Part shown: one piece after another, positions 1-11,940 of the stretch
How the letters are laid out: every line of letters starts with the position of its first letter
How positions within the stretch are numbered: the first letter of the stretch is position 1
Assembly (NCBI GenBank): GCA_030390025.1
Contig: CM059431.1
Coordinates: forward strand, 128,280,001-128,344,000
Source of the DNA: Squalus acanthias
Lineage: Eukaryota
DNA length: 64,000 bases
Reading direction: 5' to 3'
Position numbers and translations under genes: made by a program
The notes under the pieces: model-generated
The model's input: only the letters and a program-made list of their open reading frames with translations
Databases searched by the model: none
Told to the model about the DNA's origin: nothing

Positions 1-538
1 TTTAAGGTACATTTATCCTCCTAAGGGGTTGCTTTTTTACTTCCCATGTTTTTATTTGAAGTGGCTTTCACTTCCCTCCAAAAGGTTTTTTCTGCTATCT
101 TAAAAATCCCATGAGCAGAGATTAAAGTTAAAAGTTATAACACAGTTTCTGGACTGCAATAAGAGGAGCTTAGAACAGTAGGGGTGTTTCTGTGATCCAA
201 GGCTTCCAACAGAGAATAGTGTTTGCATGAGCTGTATCTCAGGAATTTGTGGAAGTGGAAAATTACAAATGTCACTCCATTATTTCAGAACAGACTGATC
301 AAAGAGAATCAGAATGGACTTATGAAGGATAGGTCATGTCTGACAAATCTAGTTGAATTTTTTGAGGAGGTCACTAGCATAGTGGATAGCGGAATGTCTA
401 TGGATGTTGTCTATATGAACATTCAGAAGGCATTTGATAAGGTTCCGTACAAGTCACTATTAGTAAAATTGACAGTGTAGGGAATCGGAGATAACCATGT
501 GACATGGGTAAGTAATTGGTTGGGAGGTAGGAGACAGA

Positions 539-1404
539 GGGGTGCAAATATCGTCTGGACGCAAATATTAGCGCCTGGCGCTAATTATCGGCACTGACTG
601 GAAACTTCACTTTTACCGCCCCGGGAGGTGAGTGGAGCGCTAAAGCAGGCGCTGCACACCTGTCTTAAGGCGCAAAGGCCAAGGAGTGAGGCGCTACCTC
701 AGAGCGCTGGCGAAGCTCATGTAATGTCAGTCAGCAATGGAATACACACACAATGGCACGGGCCAGTTCTTAAAGGGGATGGTTAATCTTGCTTTCCATC
801 CACATCCTGTTCATTGCAGCCTTGAATCTCGGCCTGGAGAGACTTGCACATCAAATGTGCTGGAAAGAACAATGGAGAGTACCAGGCAAAGAGCTCAGAG
901 TGCAGCTCCCACAGTCTCTGCTAAATCGATACAAGGAATGGCAACTCAAAATGAACCTGCAAAGTGCTGCTCAGTACCCAAAACTCCTTCACACAACGTT
1001 GAATCTCTCCAGAAGTCTCTCCCTCTCTCTCTCAGAATGCGTAGTTCAAAAATGCCACCAACAATAAAAGGCAGGAAGAGGCCCCCTTTAAATAGCGCCC
1101 CCCCCCAGCCCCACAGCGATTGATAGCATTCCAGTCTTCTGGTCGTTGGATGTGCCAGGCGGTAAGGCAGGGGGCGCCACTCAATTTCCGCTCCGGGGCG
1201 CCACAAGGGCGTTGCACCATGGAATGACGTCACAATCTGCGCGCGCAGGTGGTCGCAGCGGTAAAGTTTAGCACCGCCGCACAATCTCTAGTTAAGTTCC
1301 CGAGCGGCGCAAACATCGCTGCGCCCGGGCGTTAGCGGCTTTGCGCCCCATTAGCGCCCTCTTAAGGCGCTAACGGGAGGCGCAACCAACTGAATTTTTA
1401 CCCC
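539..1404. mobile_element. Non-autonomous PIF/Harbinger element (MITE-like)
   Basis: Imperfect TIRs ggggtgcaaat / atttttacccc; 3-bp TSD aga (536-538, 1405-1407); removal restores the CR1 sequence gagacagagagta; GC/CpG-rich subtermini. Confidence 0.75.
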
Positions 1405-1863
1405 AGAGAGTATTGTACAGAGCCTTGGTCAGACTTCATCTGGAGTACTGCGCTCAGTTTTGGGCACCAAACCTCAGGAACTGTATATTGGCCTTGAAGT
1501 GGGTGTAGTGCAGATTCATCAGAATGATACCAAGGCTTAAAGGGTTAAATTATGACAGGTTGCATAAACTTGGCTTACATTCCCTGAGCTTAGAAGTTTG
1601 CGGGGTGATGTAATCAAGGTATTTAAAATGATGAAGGGATTCAATAATGTAGATACAGAGAAGCTATTTCCTCTGGTGGGGAATCCAGAACAAGATGGCA
1701 TAATCTTAAAATTAGAACTGGGCCATTTAGGAGTGAAATCAGCAAACACTGTTTCACACAAAGGGTAATGGAAATCTGAAACCCACTGCCCCAAAAAGCT
1801 GTGGATGCTGGGTCAATTGAAATTTTCTAGACTGGCATCAAGGGATTTTTGTTAGGTTTGTTA

Positions 1864-2300
1864 GGGCAACACGGTGGCATAGTGGTTAGCACTGGTGCCT
1901 CACAGCGCCAGGGACCCGGGTTCGAATCTGACCTCGGGTGACTGTCTGTGTGGAGTTTGCACATTCTCCCCGTGTCTGCGTGGGTTTCCTCCGGGTGCTC
2001 CGGTTTCCTCCCACAGTCCAAAGATGTGCGGGTTAGGTTGATTTGGCTATGATAAATTGACCCTTAGTGTTAGGGGGGATTAAATATGTGGGGTTATGGG
2101 GATAGGATGGGATATGTTAGGGGGAATTAAATACGTGGGGTTACGGGGGTAGGGTGGGATATGTGTACTGTGGGGATTAAAGCAGGGACAGGGTACTGGA
2201 TTTGGATGATCAGCCATGATCGTATTGAATGGTGGAGCAGGCTTGACGGGCCGAATGGCCTACTCCTGCTCCTAGATTCTATGTTTCTATGTTTCTATGT
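1864..2300 (+). mobile_element. tRNA-derived HE1/V-SINE-like element with CR1-type 3' tail
   Basis: Box A/B head (tggcatagtgg, gggttcgaatc), conserved body gtgtggagtttgcacattctccccgtgtctgcgtgggtttcctccggg, tail ending (ttctatgt)n. Confidence 0.85.
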
Positions 2301-3384
2301 AAGGGTAAATAAAGATTATGGAACAAATGCGGGTGAATGGAGTTGAGGTACAGATCAGCCATGATGTAATTGAATGGAGGAACAGGCTCGAGGGGCTCAA
2401 TGACTTACTTCTGTTCCTACGTTCCTGGATTTTCTGTCCTTTATATGAATGGATGGAAAATCACAGATTTCCCAGCATGCACTCCCTGCTCATTGGTCAT
2501 GCCAGATTCCAAATCACCTCTGTTGTCTTTCCACCTCTGAGACCTGTGCTTAAATCTGGCCAAGATTGATGAAATGACTGTCTTTTTTACTCTTTGAACC
2601 CTAAGTGAAATGAATTTGGGCCGTTTCAACTTAGTTGCCAGTGGACACGATTCCACAGCACCACACTGCCCACAGTTCTACATTCATTAGCATTAAATTG
2701 GCAATCTGATCAGAAGTTATGATGATGATTAGTGTGGGAACTACACACTGGAGGTCCAGCTGTTCCAATTTTTGTGTGAACCTCGATTTAGGCGGTAGTC
2801 ACTTCCGCCAGAAACAGACCGAAGCCTAATTATAATATTCAAACTGGGTTAACTGACAATTTAAAATGCTGCAAAAGTTTGGAAGATAATTTGCTGGTAG
2901 CTTTTAGAGGTTTTGGCTTCTTAGATGATTATAAAGTGCTTGTGGTAGCTGTACAACCATCTGAATACTTAAGGGACATCTGGCAATGCACATTTTTCGA
3001 CATGGGAACCCCTCTGGCAATTCAACCCGGGCTAGAGAAAGAGGAGGAAGAGGGCCACTGGCAACAAGAGGAAAGAGCAAATAGAGATGTAGCTGGAGGG
3101 AGACCAAATAAAAGGAGAGGTGCTTGCAGGAATTCTTAGGGCTAAAAATTCAGAGGCTTAACGCCACCTCTTACCGGCGTATCTTTACGTAAAGAGGGCG
3201 GCCGCCACTCTTTCGCCAGCTGGTGGGCGGTCCCGTGGTGTCCGCCATTTTCCAAGGCCCAGCAGCATTGTTGGTAAGATCGATGGCCCTGCAGTTTTAA
3301 ATGAAGGAGAGGTGACGTCAGTCAGCCTACAACGCCGACTTAACGTCACCTCGGTGAAGTTGGACCTTTGAGTTCAGTGCTGGA

Positions 3385-5245
3385 CTCTCCTCTTCTTAGG
3401 CAGTCCTCGGAACCGAGGATGACTTGCTTCCACACTAAAAATGAGTTCTCAAATGACTGATGAATCCAATGCAGGACCTACAGTCTCTGTCACAGGTGGG
3501 GCAGACGGTGGTTGAAGGGGCGGGTGGGTGGGGTGCTTGGGTTGATGTGCGCTCCTTCCGCTGTTTGTGCTTGGCTTCCGCTTGTTCCCGGCGAAGAAAC
3601 TCATGTTCGGCGCCTTCCCGAATGCTTTCCTCCACTTTGTGCGGTCTTGGGCCAGGGATTCCCAGGTGTCGGTGGGGATGTTGCACTTTTTCAAGGAGGC
3701 TTTGAGGGTGTCCTTGAAGTGTTTCCTCTGCCCACCTGGGGCTCTCTTGCCGTGTCAGAGCTCCGAGTAGAGCGCTTGTTTTGGGAGTCTCGTATCGGGC
3801 ATGCAGACAATGTGGCCCGTCCATCGGGGCTGATCGAGCGTGGTCAAAGCTTCGATGCTGGGGATGTTGGCCTGAGCGAGAACACTGACATTGGTGCGCC
3901 TATCCTGCCAATGGATTTGCAGGATCTTGCAGAGGCAGCGTTGGTGGTACCTCTCCAGTGCTTTGAGGTGCCTGCTGTATATGGTCCATGTCTCTGAAGC
4001 ATACAGGAGGGCAGGTATCACTACTGCTCTGTAGACCATGAGCTTGGTGCTGGGTTTGAGGTCCTGGTCTTCAAGCACTCTCTTCCTCAGGTGACCGAAG
4101 CCTGCACTGGCACACTGAAGGTGGTGTTGGACTTCATCATCGACGTCTGCCCTTTTTGACAGTAGGCTTCCCGAGGTATGGAAAGTGGTTCACATTGTCC
4201 AAGGCCTCATCATGGATTTTGATAATCGGGGAGCAGTACTTGGTGGCGGGGGCAGGTTGGTAGAGGATTTTTGTCTTACGGATGTTTAGTGTAAGGCCCA
4301 TGCTCTCGTACACTTCGGTGAAGGTGTTGACGATGGTTTGGAGTTCGACCTCAGAGTGTGCGCAGATGCAAACATCATCTGCATACTGTAATTCGATGAC
4401 AAAGGATGGGATGACCTTGGATCTGGACTGAAGGCGACGGAGATTGAACAGTTTCCCATTTGTTCTGTAGATTAGCTCCACTCCAGCAGGGAGCTTACTG
4501 AAGGTGAGATGGAGCATTGCAGCCAGGAAGATCGAGAAGAGTGTTGGTGCGATGGCACAGCCTTGCTTGACCCCGGTCTGTACGTGAAATGGGTCTGTGG
4601 TGGATCCGTTGGTCAGGATCACGGCTTGCATGTCGTCGTGAAGCAGGCAGAGGATGGTGACAAACCTTTGAGGGCAGCTGAATTTGAGGAGGACACTCTA
4701 TAATCCCTCACGGTTGATGGTGTTGAAGGCCTTTGTGAGGTCAAAGAAGGCCATGTACAGCTATTGGTGCTGGTCCCTGCATTTCTCTTATAATTGACGT
4801 GCAGTGAAGATCATGTCCATTGTGCCCCTTAGTGGGAGGAATCCGCATTGCGACTCTGGGGGGAGCTCTTCAGCCACTGGGAGAAGGCGATTGAGGAGGA
4901 TTCTTGTGATGACTTTCCCTGTGGCAGACAGCAGGGAGACTCCTCAGTAATTACCGCAATCGGACTTGTCACCTTTCTTGGAGGCGGTCACGATTACGGC
5001 GTCTCTGAGATCCCCTGGCATGCTTTCCTCCTTCCAAATAAGAGAAACGATTCATGTATTCACACCAATAGTGCTTCTCCGCCATGTTTTAGTGCCTCGG
5101 CAGGGATTCCATCTGCTCCTGAGGCCTTGTTGTTCTTCAGTTGTTGGATGGCCTTTTCAACCTCATGCCGGGCTGGGGTTGTGCTGAGGTGGTGGCGGGT
5201 AGCATGCTGCGGGATGGAGTTGAGGACACTTGCGTCGAAGACAGA
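3385..5245 (-). mobile_element. 5'-truncated RTE-clade LINE (BovB-like), frameshifted
   Basis: ORFs with GVKQGCAIAPTLF, LQYADD, LLYASETWT and CPTCDRDCRSCIGFISHLRTH; 22-bp TSD gacctttgagttcagtgctgga at 3363-3384 and 5246-5267. Confidence 0.92.
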
Positions 5246-6027
5246 GACCTTTGAGTTCAGTGCTGGATTCTAAGCTTGCTATGTAAACCTAGTGTGCAGC
5301 AGACTGACAGAGGCACTGTCAGCACCTCTTAAAGAGACACACACATCTTACAGGTAAGTTTGCAATTAAGCTTTGGGATTGGTTTTTAAAAGTATTATTG
5401 AAGTAGTGGCTTGCTACAATACATGTTAAAAGTTTTTTAAGTGTGTAGGGAGTGCTGTTGGACACTTGCAAAGGCCTCAAATGGTAAAGGAAGGCCTCTG
5501 AGAAGACATAAAAATGCTGCAAATACTCAGTAGGTCAGGCAACATCCGTGGAGAGAAAAACAGAATTCACGTCTCAGGTCGAGATGCTGCCTGACCTGCT
5601 GAGTATTTTCAGCATTTTATGCCGTTATTTCAGATTTACAGCATCCACTCACAGAAGGAAGAGGAAGAAACGGAAGAGGAAGAAACATAAGAGGAATAAG
5701 ATGATTAGGACAAAGCAGAAGAGGAGGAAGCAGAAGGAAGGATACAACCCAGACAGCACCTTTGTGGCTGAGATATCCAGGATGGAATCATCTGCCTGTG
5801 GTACCAGTGATCACATTTCCCCTTTCAACATTTGTCCCACACCTTACCTTTCCTCTGTTATTGACCATCACAGCGTCCTCTTGGCCACGATATCATGCAG
5901 TACTACCCCATTGGCTGCAGTATGACTGGTAGAAGGCTGCTGAATTTCAGTGGGGACACTGCAAATGGCCTTGCTGGTCGACCTTGAGGAGCTGGTGGCT
6001 GGGAGTGTCAAATCGAGTGATGGTGTT

Positions 6028-6078
6028 TCTTCTTCTTCTTCTTCTTCTTCTTCTTCTTCTTCTTCTTCTTCTTCTTCT
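6028..6078. repeat. (TCT)~17 microsatellite; reads as poly-Glu on - within the Harbinger Myb gene remnant
   Basis: Direct reading of the sequence. Confidence 0.9.
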
Positions 6079-7961
6079 CTCTCCTCTCCTTCTTATTGGT
6101 CACCCACTGGCTGTGCAGGCTGCATTTCTTGGGTGTATGACATGAGGAAGGCACAGGGGTGGAGCTGTTGTGAGGGGAGGTCGGGGAAGCAAGAGGTGAC
6201 TGCCAGGAGGAGGATAACGTATGAGGATACCAGCATCTTGTAACCTTTCAGCCCTGACACTGGCCAAGGGCTCAGCCATGCCACTGCCAAGAATGGCCAG
6301 CACCGTCTCCTCCAAGGGGGTGAGGTGAAGCTAGGAATTGGAGATGTGCCTCGTGTTTGGTACAGATTGGTGGTAAGTGAATGATTGGAGGGGGGTGGGG
6401 AAATTATGCATTGAGCAGTGTGCATTGAAGATGCATTCACTGACCTTGACCAGTGGTCTGAGGTCATGAAGCTTCTTTGGGCACTGGAGCCGGGTGGTGG
6501 GGGCGACACTGCTGGCAGTGACGGTCTCGGTGATCTGGTCCCACATCGTTCTGTCTGGAGGACCTCCTTGCACCCTGTGGGTAGAGGACCTGTCTTGCAG
6601 TGTTGACCCCCTGCACAAAGCTGGAATGCTGCATTCAAAACCCTGGGTGCCCCTTCCCGGGCTTGCTGAGCCATTTGTGTTAGTGCTGAAGCACTTTTCC
6701 CAGTTTCTGAGGTGTGGAAGGGAATTCAGCTTTAAGAACTGAAGACTCCCGTTTGGGACTTCTTTTTAATGTTATTTTTTTTTTAAGGCAGTAAGGGCTG
6801 AAAACTGCATTTTTAAATTTCATTTTTATTTTTATTAGTTCAGAAGGCATTCCCCTTTTAATGCATTGCCCTTTTAATTTCCCATAATGCCTAGCAAAGC
6901 CTTGCTTCCAGAGGCTGTTGGAAGTTCGATTGCCGATTATGGACAGTGACTTCGCCTCCGATGCCTGCACTAACATCACCAGGAGGGTGTTACATGGTAA
7001 GTTAGCGCTGGGTTAAAAGTCTGTAGCCCCCCCAGCGCAAATTTCTTTCATTGTACCGCTTCGTCCATTTTCAGTGGCTGTTAACCCGAGGCCACAGTGA
7101 TACCAGCAACTCTCGTGGCAGCCACAAATCTTTAGCCCTAGGTCTCCCAACAGTGTGTATAGGGCTAGAACAGCATACAAGCACTTATCTAAGGAATCGT
7201 GCATAAGGAGGCTGCGCTTCTCCAGGAAAACTATCACAGAGTTATGTCGCCTCTTGCACAGCCAGCCAGCATTGAATTGCCTGTTACAATGAAGGTCATT
7301 GCAGCCTTCAGCTTCTTTGCTATTGGGTCCTTCCAGGCTGCAACAGACGATATCAGTGATATCAGTCAGTCTGTCATTCATGCTTGCATTAAGCAGGTGA
7401 CTGATGTCATGTTCACTAAAGCAAACACATTTGTAATTTTTGCCATGGCCAACTGGAAACAGTAGGATCGGGCTTTGGGGTTTGCACAGATAGCATGCTT
7501 CCCCCAAGTCCAATGCCTCATTGACTGCACCTACTTCACTCTGGGGGCTCGTTCAGACAAGCCTACTGCTTTCATGAATCGCAAGGGCTGTCATGTTATC
7601 AATGTGCATCTGCTGTGTGATCACCAGCAGCACATCGTGCAGGTCTCTGCCTTCTTTTCTAGTAGCTGCCATGATGCATTGATATTGCCGCTATACTCCA
7701 TCCCTCCATTCTTTGATCCTGTACAGCAAGTGAGAGGGCAGCTGCGTGGGATAAACCCTGCACACTTGGCTCATGACTCCTTTCAGGAACACATGCTTAG
7801 CAGAGAATCTGTGCTAAAACCAGATCCATGGGTCAACTAGAGACCTCACTGAGCAGACCATTAGAGTCCTCAGGCACCGACTCCACTGCCTGGACAAGTC
7901 TGATGACTTTCTCAATACTGCTCAGGAAGAGTATGCGTATGAGAGTGATTTGCTGTATGTT

Positions 7962-8962
7962 TTTGTTTATTCGTTCATGGGTTCTGGGCGTCGCTGGCAA
8001 GGCCAGCATTTATTGCCCATCCCTAGTTGCCCTTGAGAAGGTGGTAGTGAGCCGCCTTCTTGAACTACTGCAGTCCGTGTGGTGAAGGTACTCAAACAGT
8101 GCTGTTAGGGAGGGAGTTCCAGGATTTTGACCTAATGACGATGAAGGATCGGCGATATACTTCTAAGTCAGGATGGTGTGTGACTTGGAGGGGAACTTGG
8201 CGGTGGTGGTGTTCCCATGCATCTGCTGCCCTTGTCCTTCTAGGTGGAAGAGGTCGCGGGTTTGGGAGGTGCTGCCGAAGAAGCCTTGGCGAGCTGCTGT
8301 GCATCTTGTAGAGGGTACACACTGCAGCCACGGAGCGCCGGTGGTGGAGGGAGTGAATGTTTAAGGTGGTGGATGGGGTGCCAATTAAGCAGGCTGCTTT
8401 GTCCTGGATAGTGTCAAGCTTCTTGAGTGTTGTTGCAGCTGCACTCATCCAGGCAAGTGGAGAGTATTCCATCACACTCCTTACTTGTGCCTTGTAGATG
8501 GTGGAAAGGCATTGGGGAATCAGGAGGTGAGACACTCACCGCAGAATACCTAGCCTCTAACCTGCTCTTGTTGCCACAGTATTTATGTGGCTGGTCCAGT
8601 TAAATTTCTGGTCAATGGTGACCCCTAGGATGTTGATGGTGGGGGATTCGGCGATGGTAATGCCATTGAATGTCAAGAGGATGTGGTTAGACGCTCGCTT
8701 GTTGGAGATAGTCATTGCCTGGCACTTCTGTGGTGTGAATGTTCCGTGCCACTTCTCAGCCCAAGCCTGAACATCATCCAGGTTTTGTTGCATGCGGACA
8801 TGGACTGCTTCATCATCTGAGGAGTTGCGAATGGTGCTGAACATTGTGCAGTCATCAGCAAACATCCCCATTTCTGACCCTATGTTGGAGGGAAGGTCAT
8901 TGATGAAGCAGCTGAAGATGGCTGAGCCTAGGGCACTGCCCTGAGGAACTCCTGCAGTGATG
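7962..8962 (-). mobile_element. 5'-truncated CR1/L2-supergroup LINE (second family)
   Basis: GVPQGSALG, MFADDCT, VRSVMEYSPLAWMSAA; interrupts the transposase motif VICCM|LH. Confidence 0.85.
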
Positions 8963-9364
8963 TAATGTTGCATTACTTTGCTCTACAACAGGGACAACTC
9001 ATGGAGCCAGCATTGGATGAGAACATTCTGCATGATGAGGGAGCTGACACTGATGACATAGAGGATGGTGAAGAAGCTGGAGACTCCAACACGTCCCTTC
9101 AGCTAGAGCTCTTCAGATCATTAAAGAGTGTCTCAGCGAAATAACTCCAACTCCCCTGCTTTAAAAGTTATGTCCAACATCTGCCCCGCTCCTTCCACCC
9201 TCCAATAAACTACATCTGCCCAAAGGTCAACGTTGTTATGCATGTCATCTGGCATTGCAGGGTCACCAGCTACTACAGGAACATACTCTGTACACAATGA
9301 TTTCAAAAGGGTTTAGCATTTTTCTGGCTTACACAAATGTCTACACACTAATTATCAACCAATA

Positions 9365-9545
9365 CCATAGGATCTTTTGCATCCACCTGAGAACTCAGAC
9401 ACGTCCTCATCTTACAGATGGCACCTCTGACAGTACAGCACTGAAGTGTCAGCCTAGATTATGTGCTTAAGTCCCTGGAATGGGACTTGAATCCACAACC
9501 ATCTGACTCAGCGACGAGCATGCTGCCACTGAGCCACAGCTGACA
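9365..9545 (-). mobile_element. tRNA-derived Deu/SacSINE-like SINE fragment
   Basis: Reverse complement gives gtggctcagtggcagc...gagtcagatggttgtggattcaagtccc (box A/B); a similar copy lies at about 22370-22570. Confidence 0.65.
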
Positions 9546-10027
9546 CACAAACCTCGATACGTTCAGTCTATTAGCTTGTCAAAGGCAAAGGTGATGGCGG
9601 AACCCAGAACTTGCATGGCCCCAGTGTGAGCATCCCTGAGAGATGCTACTACTGGTGGCTCAGACTCCTTGAAGGAGGACCCAGCTGCAGCGTCCATTGA
9701 GGTGACCACACCATCCATTGTTGACTACAGAGTGTCGATGCCATGCACCTGATAGCAGTTGATAGCCGACTCTCCCACCATCTGTGACATGTTGCAGTAG
9801 CTCCTGGGTAGGCAGTTCAATACATATTACATTTGTTGGTGCATGGAAGACATTTTTCTTTAGAAGGCTGCATCCTAAAATGTGCTTTTTTGTTCTCCAG
9901 CAGAACAAAGACCTAAGTTTTCCCTCCAGTAATCCAGTTCTTGGATTTTCCTTCCCACCTGCTCCTGCGCACGTGTGCTCTATGAATCACTCTATGCAGG
10001 CCCCTCCAACTCACTATCTATACCATC

Positions 10028-11220
10028 TGTGCTGGTGCTTAGAAAGGTAAGAGCAAGTTACGGTGCATCCACAGCGGTTCCCCTGAAGGGATAATTACTA
10101 GTCCTAGCCCCTTTAGGGCTACCCCAGATCAGGCGTATTTCTCAGACGTTCACTTTCAACTAAAGTTTGAGGCAGCCGAATCCTAAAGATGCTTAATTGG
10201 GTCTAAAGGTCTGGACCCTCTCTCCCTAAAGGAAAGGAACAACCTGAAAATGTTACCGTCCTCCAGATAGCACTTTTAATAAGTTTAGCTAGACTGTAAG
10301 GTTCCGGATATTATGAGGGTCTGGAAAACTCCCCCAGAATTCTGCAACTCCTCACCAAAGAATGTACAGAGATTGAGTTTGCGAGTTTGATACAGATGTC
10401 TTAAGTGAAACAATTCTAAAAATATATAGATTTATTAAAGAACCGACATGTAACTTACAGTTGGTGAGTCAATCGCAACATTAACAGTTCCAAAAAGTGA
10501 AAGCTTACAATTCTATCAGAGAACCTACTCTCAAATCTTAACTTCGCTACAGTTTTACAGTTCTCAGTTTTTTCAGGATATCCACCAAAATCAAATACCT
10601 TTGATACCTGAGGTACAAAGAGTTGGAGACTTACAGAGCTGCCTCTGAAGCCAAGAATCGCCTTGCCCCTTTAAAGCGAATCTACTATCCCATTTGAGAG
10701 TTCAATATTTATACCCTTTTCCAGAGGTATTTGCTTCAAGGTTTTCTGCTGATGTAAGCTAATTATCTCTAGTCATTTTTCTGCTGACCCCTGCAATTCT
10801 TACAGTCACCTCAGCTGGTAGCATTACAGAATTATGTCTCTTCTCTAGGTGTTCTAAGTTTACCATAAAAAACAGTGTAACGGCAGGTGCGTTTTACTTG
10901 ATGTCATTTTTACGAAGGCAGATGTTTCTTAATTTTATGAGCTTCTTTACAAAGTGTAAATTAGAACACCTTAACCAGGGTGAACCAATGTCTTCTTCCG
11001 AAAGATTCAGACTGTTGGGAGCCTTTAACCTTCTGTTTCAATAAGGTTATTGATTCAGTGTCAACAATTATCTTATCTCTATAGCCAGAATGCTTTCACA
11101 GCTTTTTCATAGATAGGTTTCTAGATTTCCAGACCCAGTTTGTCATGTTTTAATAAGGCCAGAATTCTTTCATAGAATGGTGCATTTTTCTGAATAGGTT
11201 ATATGGCTTATTCCTTCACA
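10028..11220 (-). mobile_element. Possible solo LTR (about 1.2 kb)
   Basis: TGTG...CACA ends; flanks catc/cacc (4-bp TSD with one mismatch); minus-strand TATAAA near 10710 and AATAAA near 10431; no ORF. Confidence 0.4.
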
Positions 11221-11294
11221 CACCCTCTCTCTGTGCGGCTGCAGGGCCCAAGTTATCTGAAGGATCAGGAAAAAGCATAAAGGGACAAGGTTTA

Positions 11295-11940
11295 GTACAT
11301 AGGAACATAGGAACAGGAATAGGCATTTCAGCTCCTCGAGCCCGTTCCGCCATTGAATGAGATCATGGCTCATGATCTGCGACCTAACTCCATATACCTG
11401 CCTTTTGTCCATATCCATTGATACCTTTGGTTTACAAAAATTTAACAATCTCAGATTTAAAATTAACAATTGATCTGGCATCAATTGCTATTTGCAGAAG
11501 AGAGTTCCAAACTTCTACCAGCCTTTGTGTGTAGAAGTGTTTCCTAATATCACTCCTGAAAGGTCTGGCTCTAATTTTTAGACTACGCCCTCCAATCCTA
11601 GACTCCCCAACCAGCGGAAATAGTTTCTCTCTATCTACCCTATCTGTTCCCCTTAATATCTTGAAAATTTCAATCAAATTACCCCTTAACCTTCTAAATT
11701 CTAGGGAATACAACCCTAATTTGTATAATCTCTCCTCGTAATTTAACCCTTGGATTCCAGGTATCATTCTGGTAAACCTACGCTGCACTCCCTCCAAGGC
11801 CAATATATCCTTCCTAAGGTGTGGTGCACAGAACTGCTCACAGTACTCCAGGTGTGGTCTAACCAGGGCTTTGTATAGCTGCAGCATAACTTCTTCCCCC
11901 TTGTATTCTAGTCCTCTAGATATAAAGGCCAGCATTTCAT
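11295..11940 (-). mobile_element. CR1 LINE 3' fragment
   Basis: ORF 11432..12007 has LQLYKALVRPHLEYC and LEFRRLRG; (cataggaa)n tail. Confidence 0.9.

Larger units (their letters stand above)
245..2425 (+). mobile_element. Degenerate, internally deleted CR1 LINE (RT to 3' tail), split by a Harbinger MITE (539-1404) and a SINE (1864-2300)
   Basis: ORF 223..480 has CR1 RT motifs (SCLTNLVEFFEEVT, DVVY..QKAFDKV); RPHLEYC-type DNA after 1405; CR1 3' UTR (gatcagccatgat...gaatggaggaacaggctcgagggg) at 2350-2425. Confidence 0.85.
3139..7138. mobile_element. Harbinger deletion derivative nested in the transposase of the outer Harbinger
   Basis: TIRs gggctaaaaatt / aatctttagccc, flanked by tta/tag-type triplets; degenerate Myb gene on - (ORF 6093..6674, MAQQAREGAPR); transposase mostly deleted. 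Confidence 0.7.

Noticed and set aside
1864..1935. tRNA gene
   Set aside because: It is the tRNA-derived head of a SINE, continuing into SINE body and tail
5548..6243. Basic (K/R-rich) and poly-Ser ORFs
   Set aside because: Alternative frames of purine-rich Harbinger acidic tracts and a (TCT)n microsatellite
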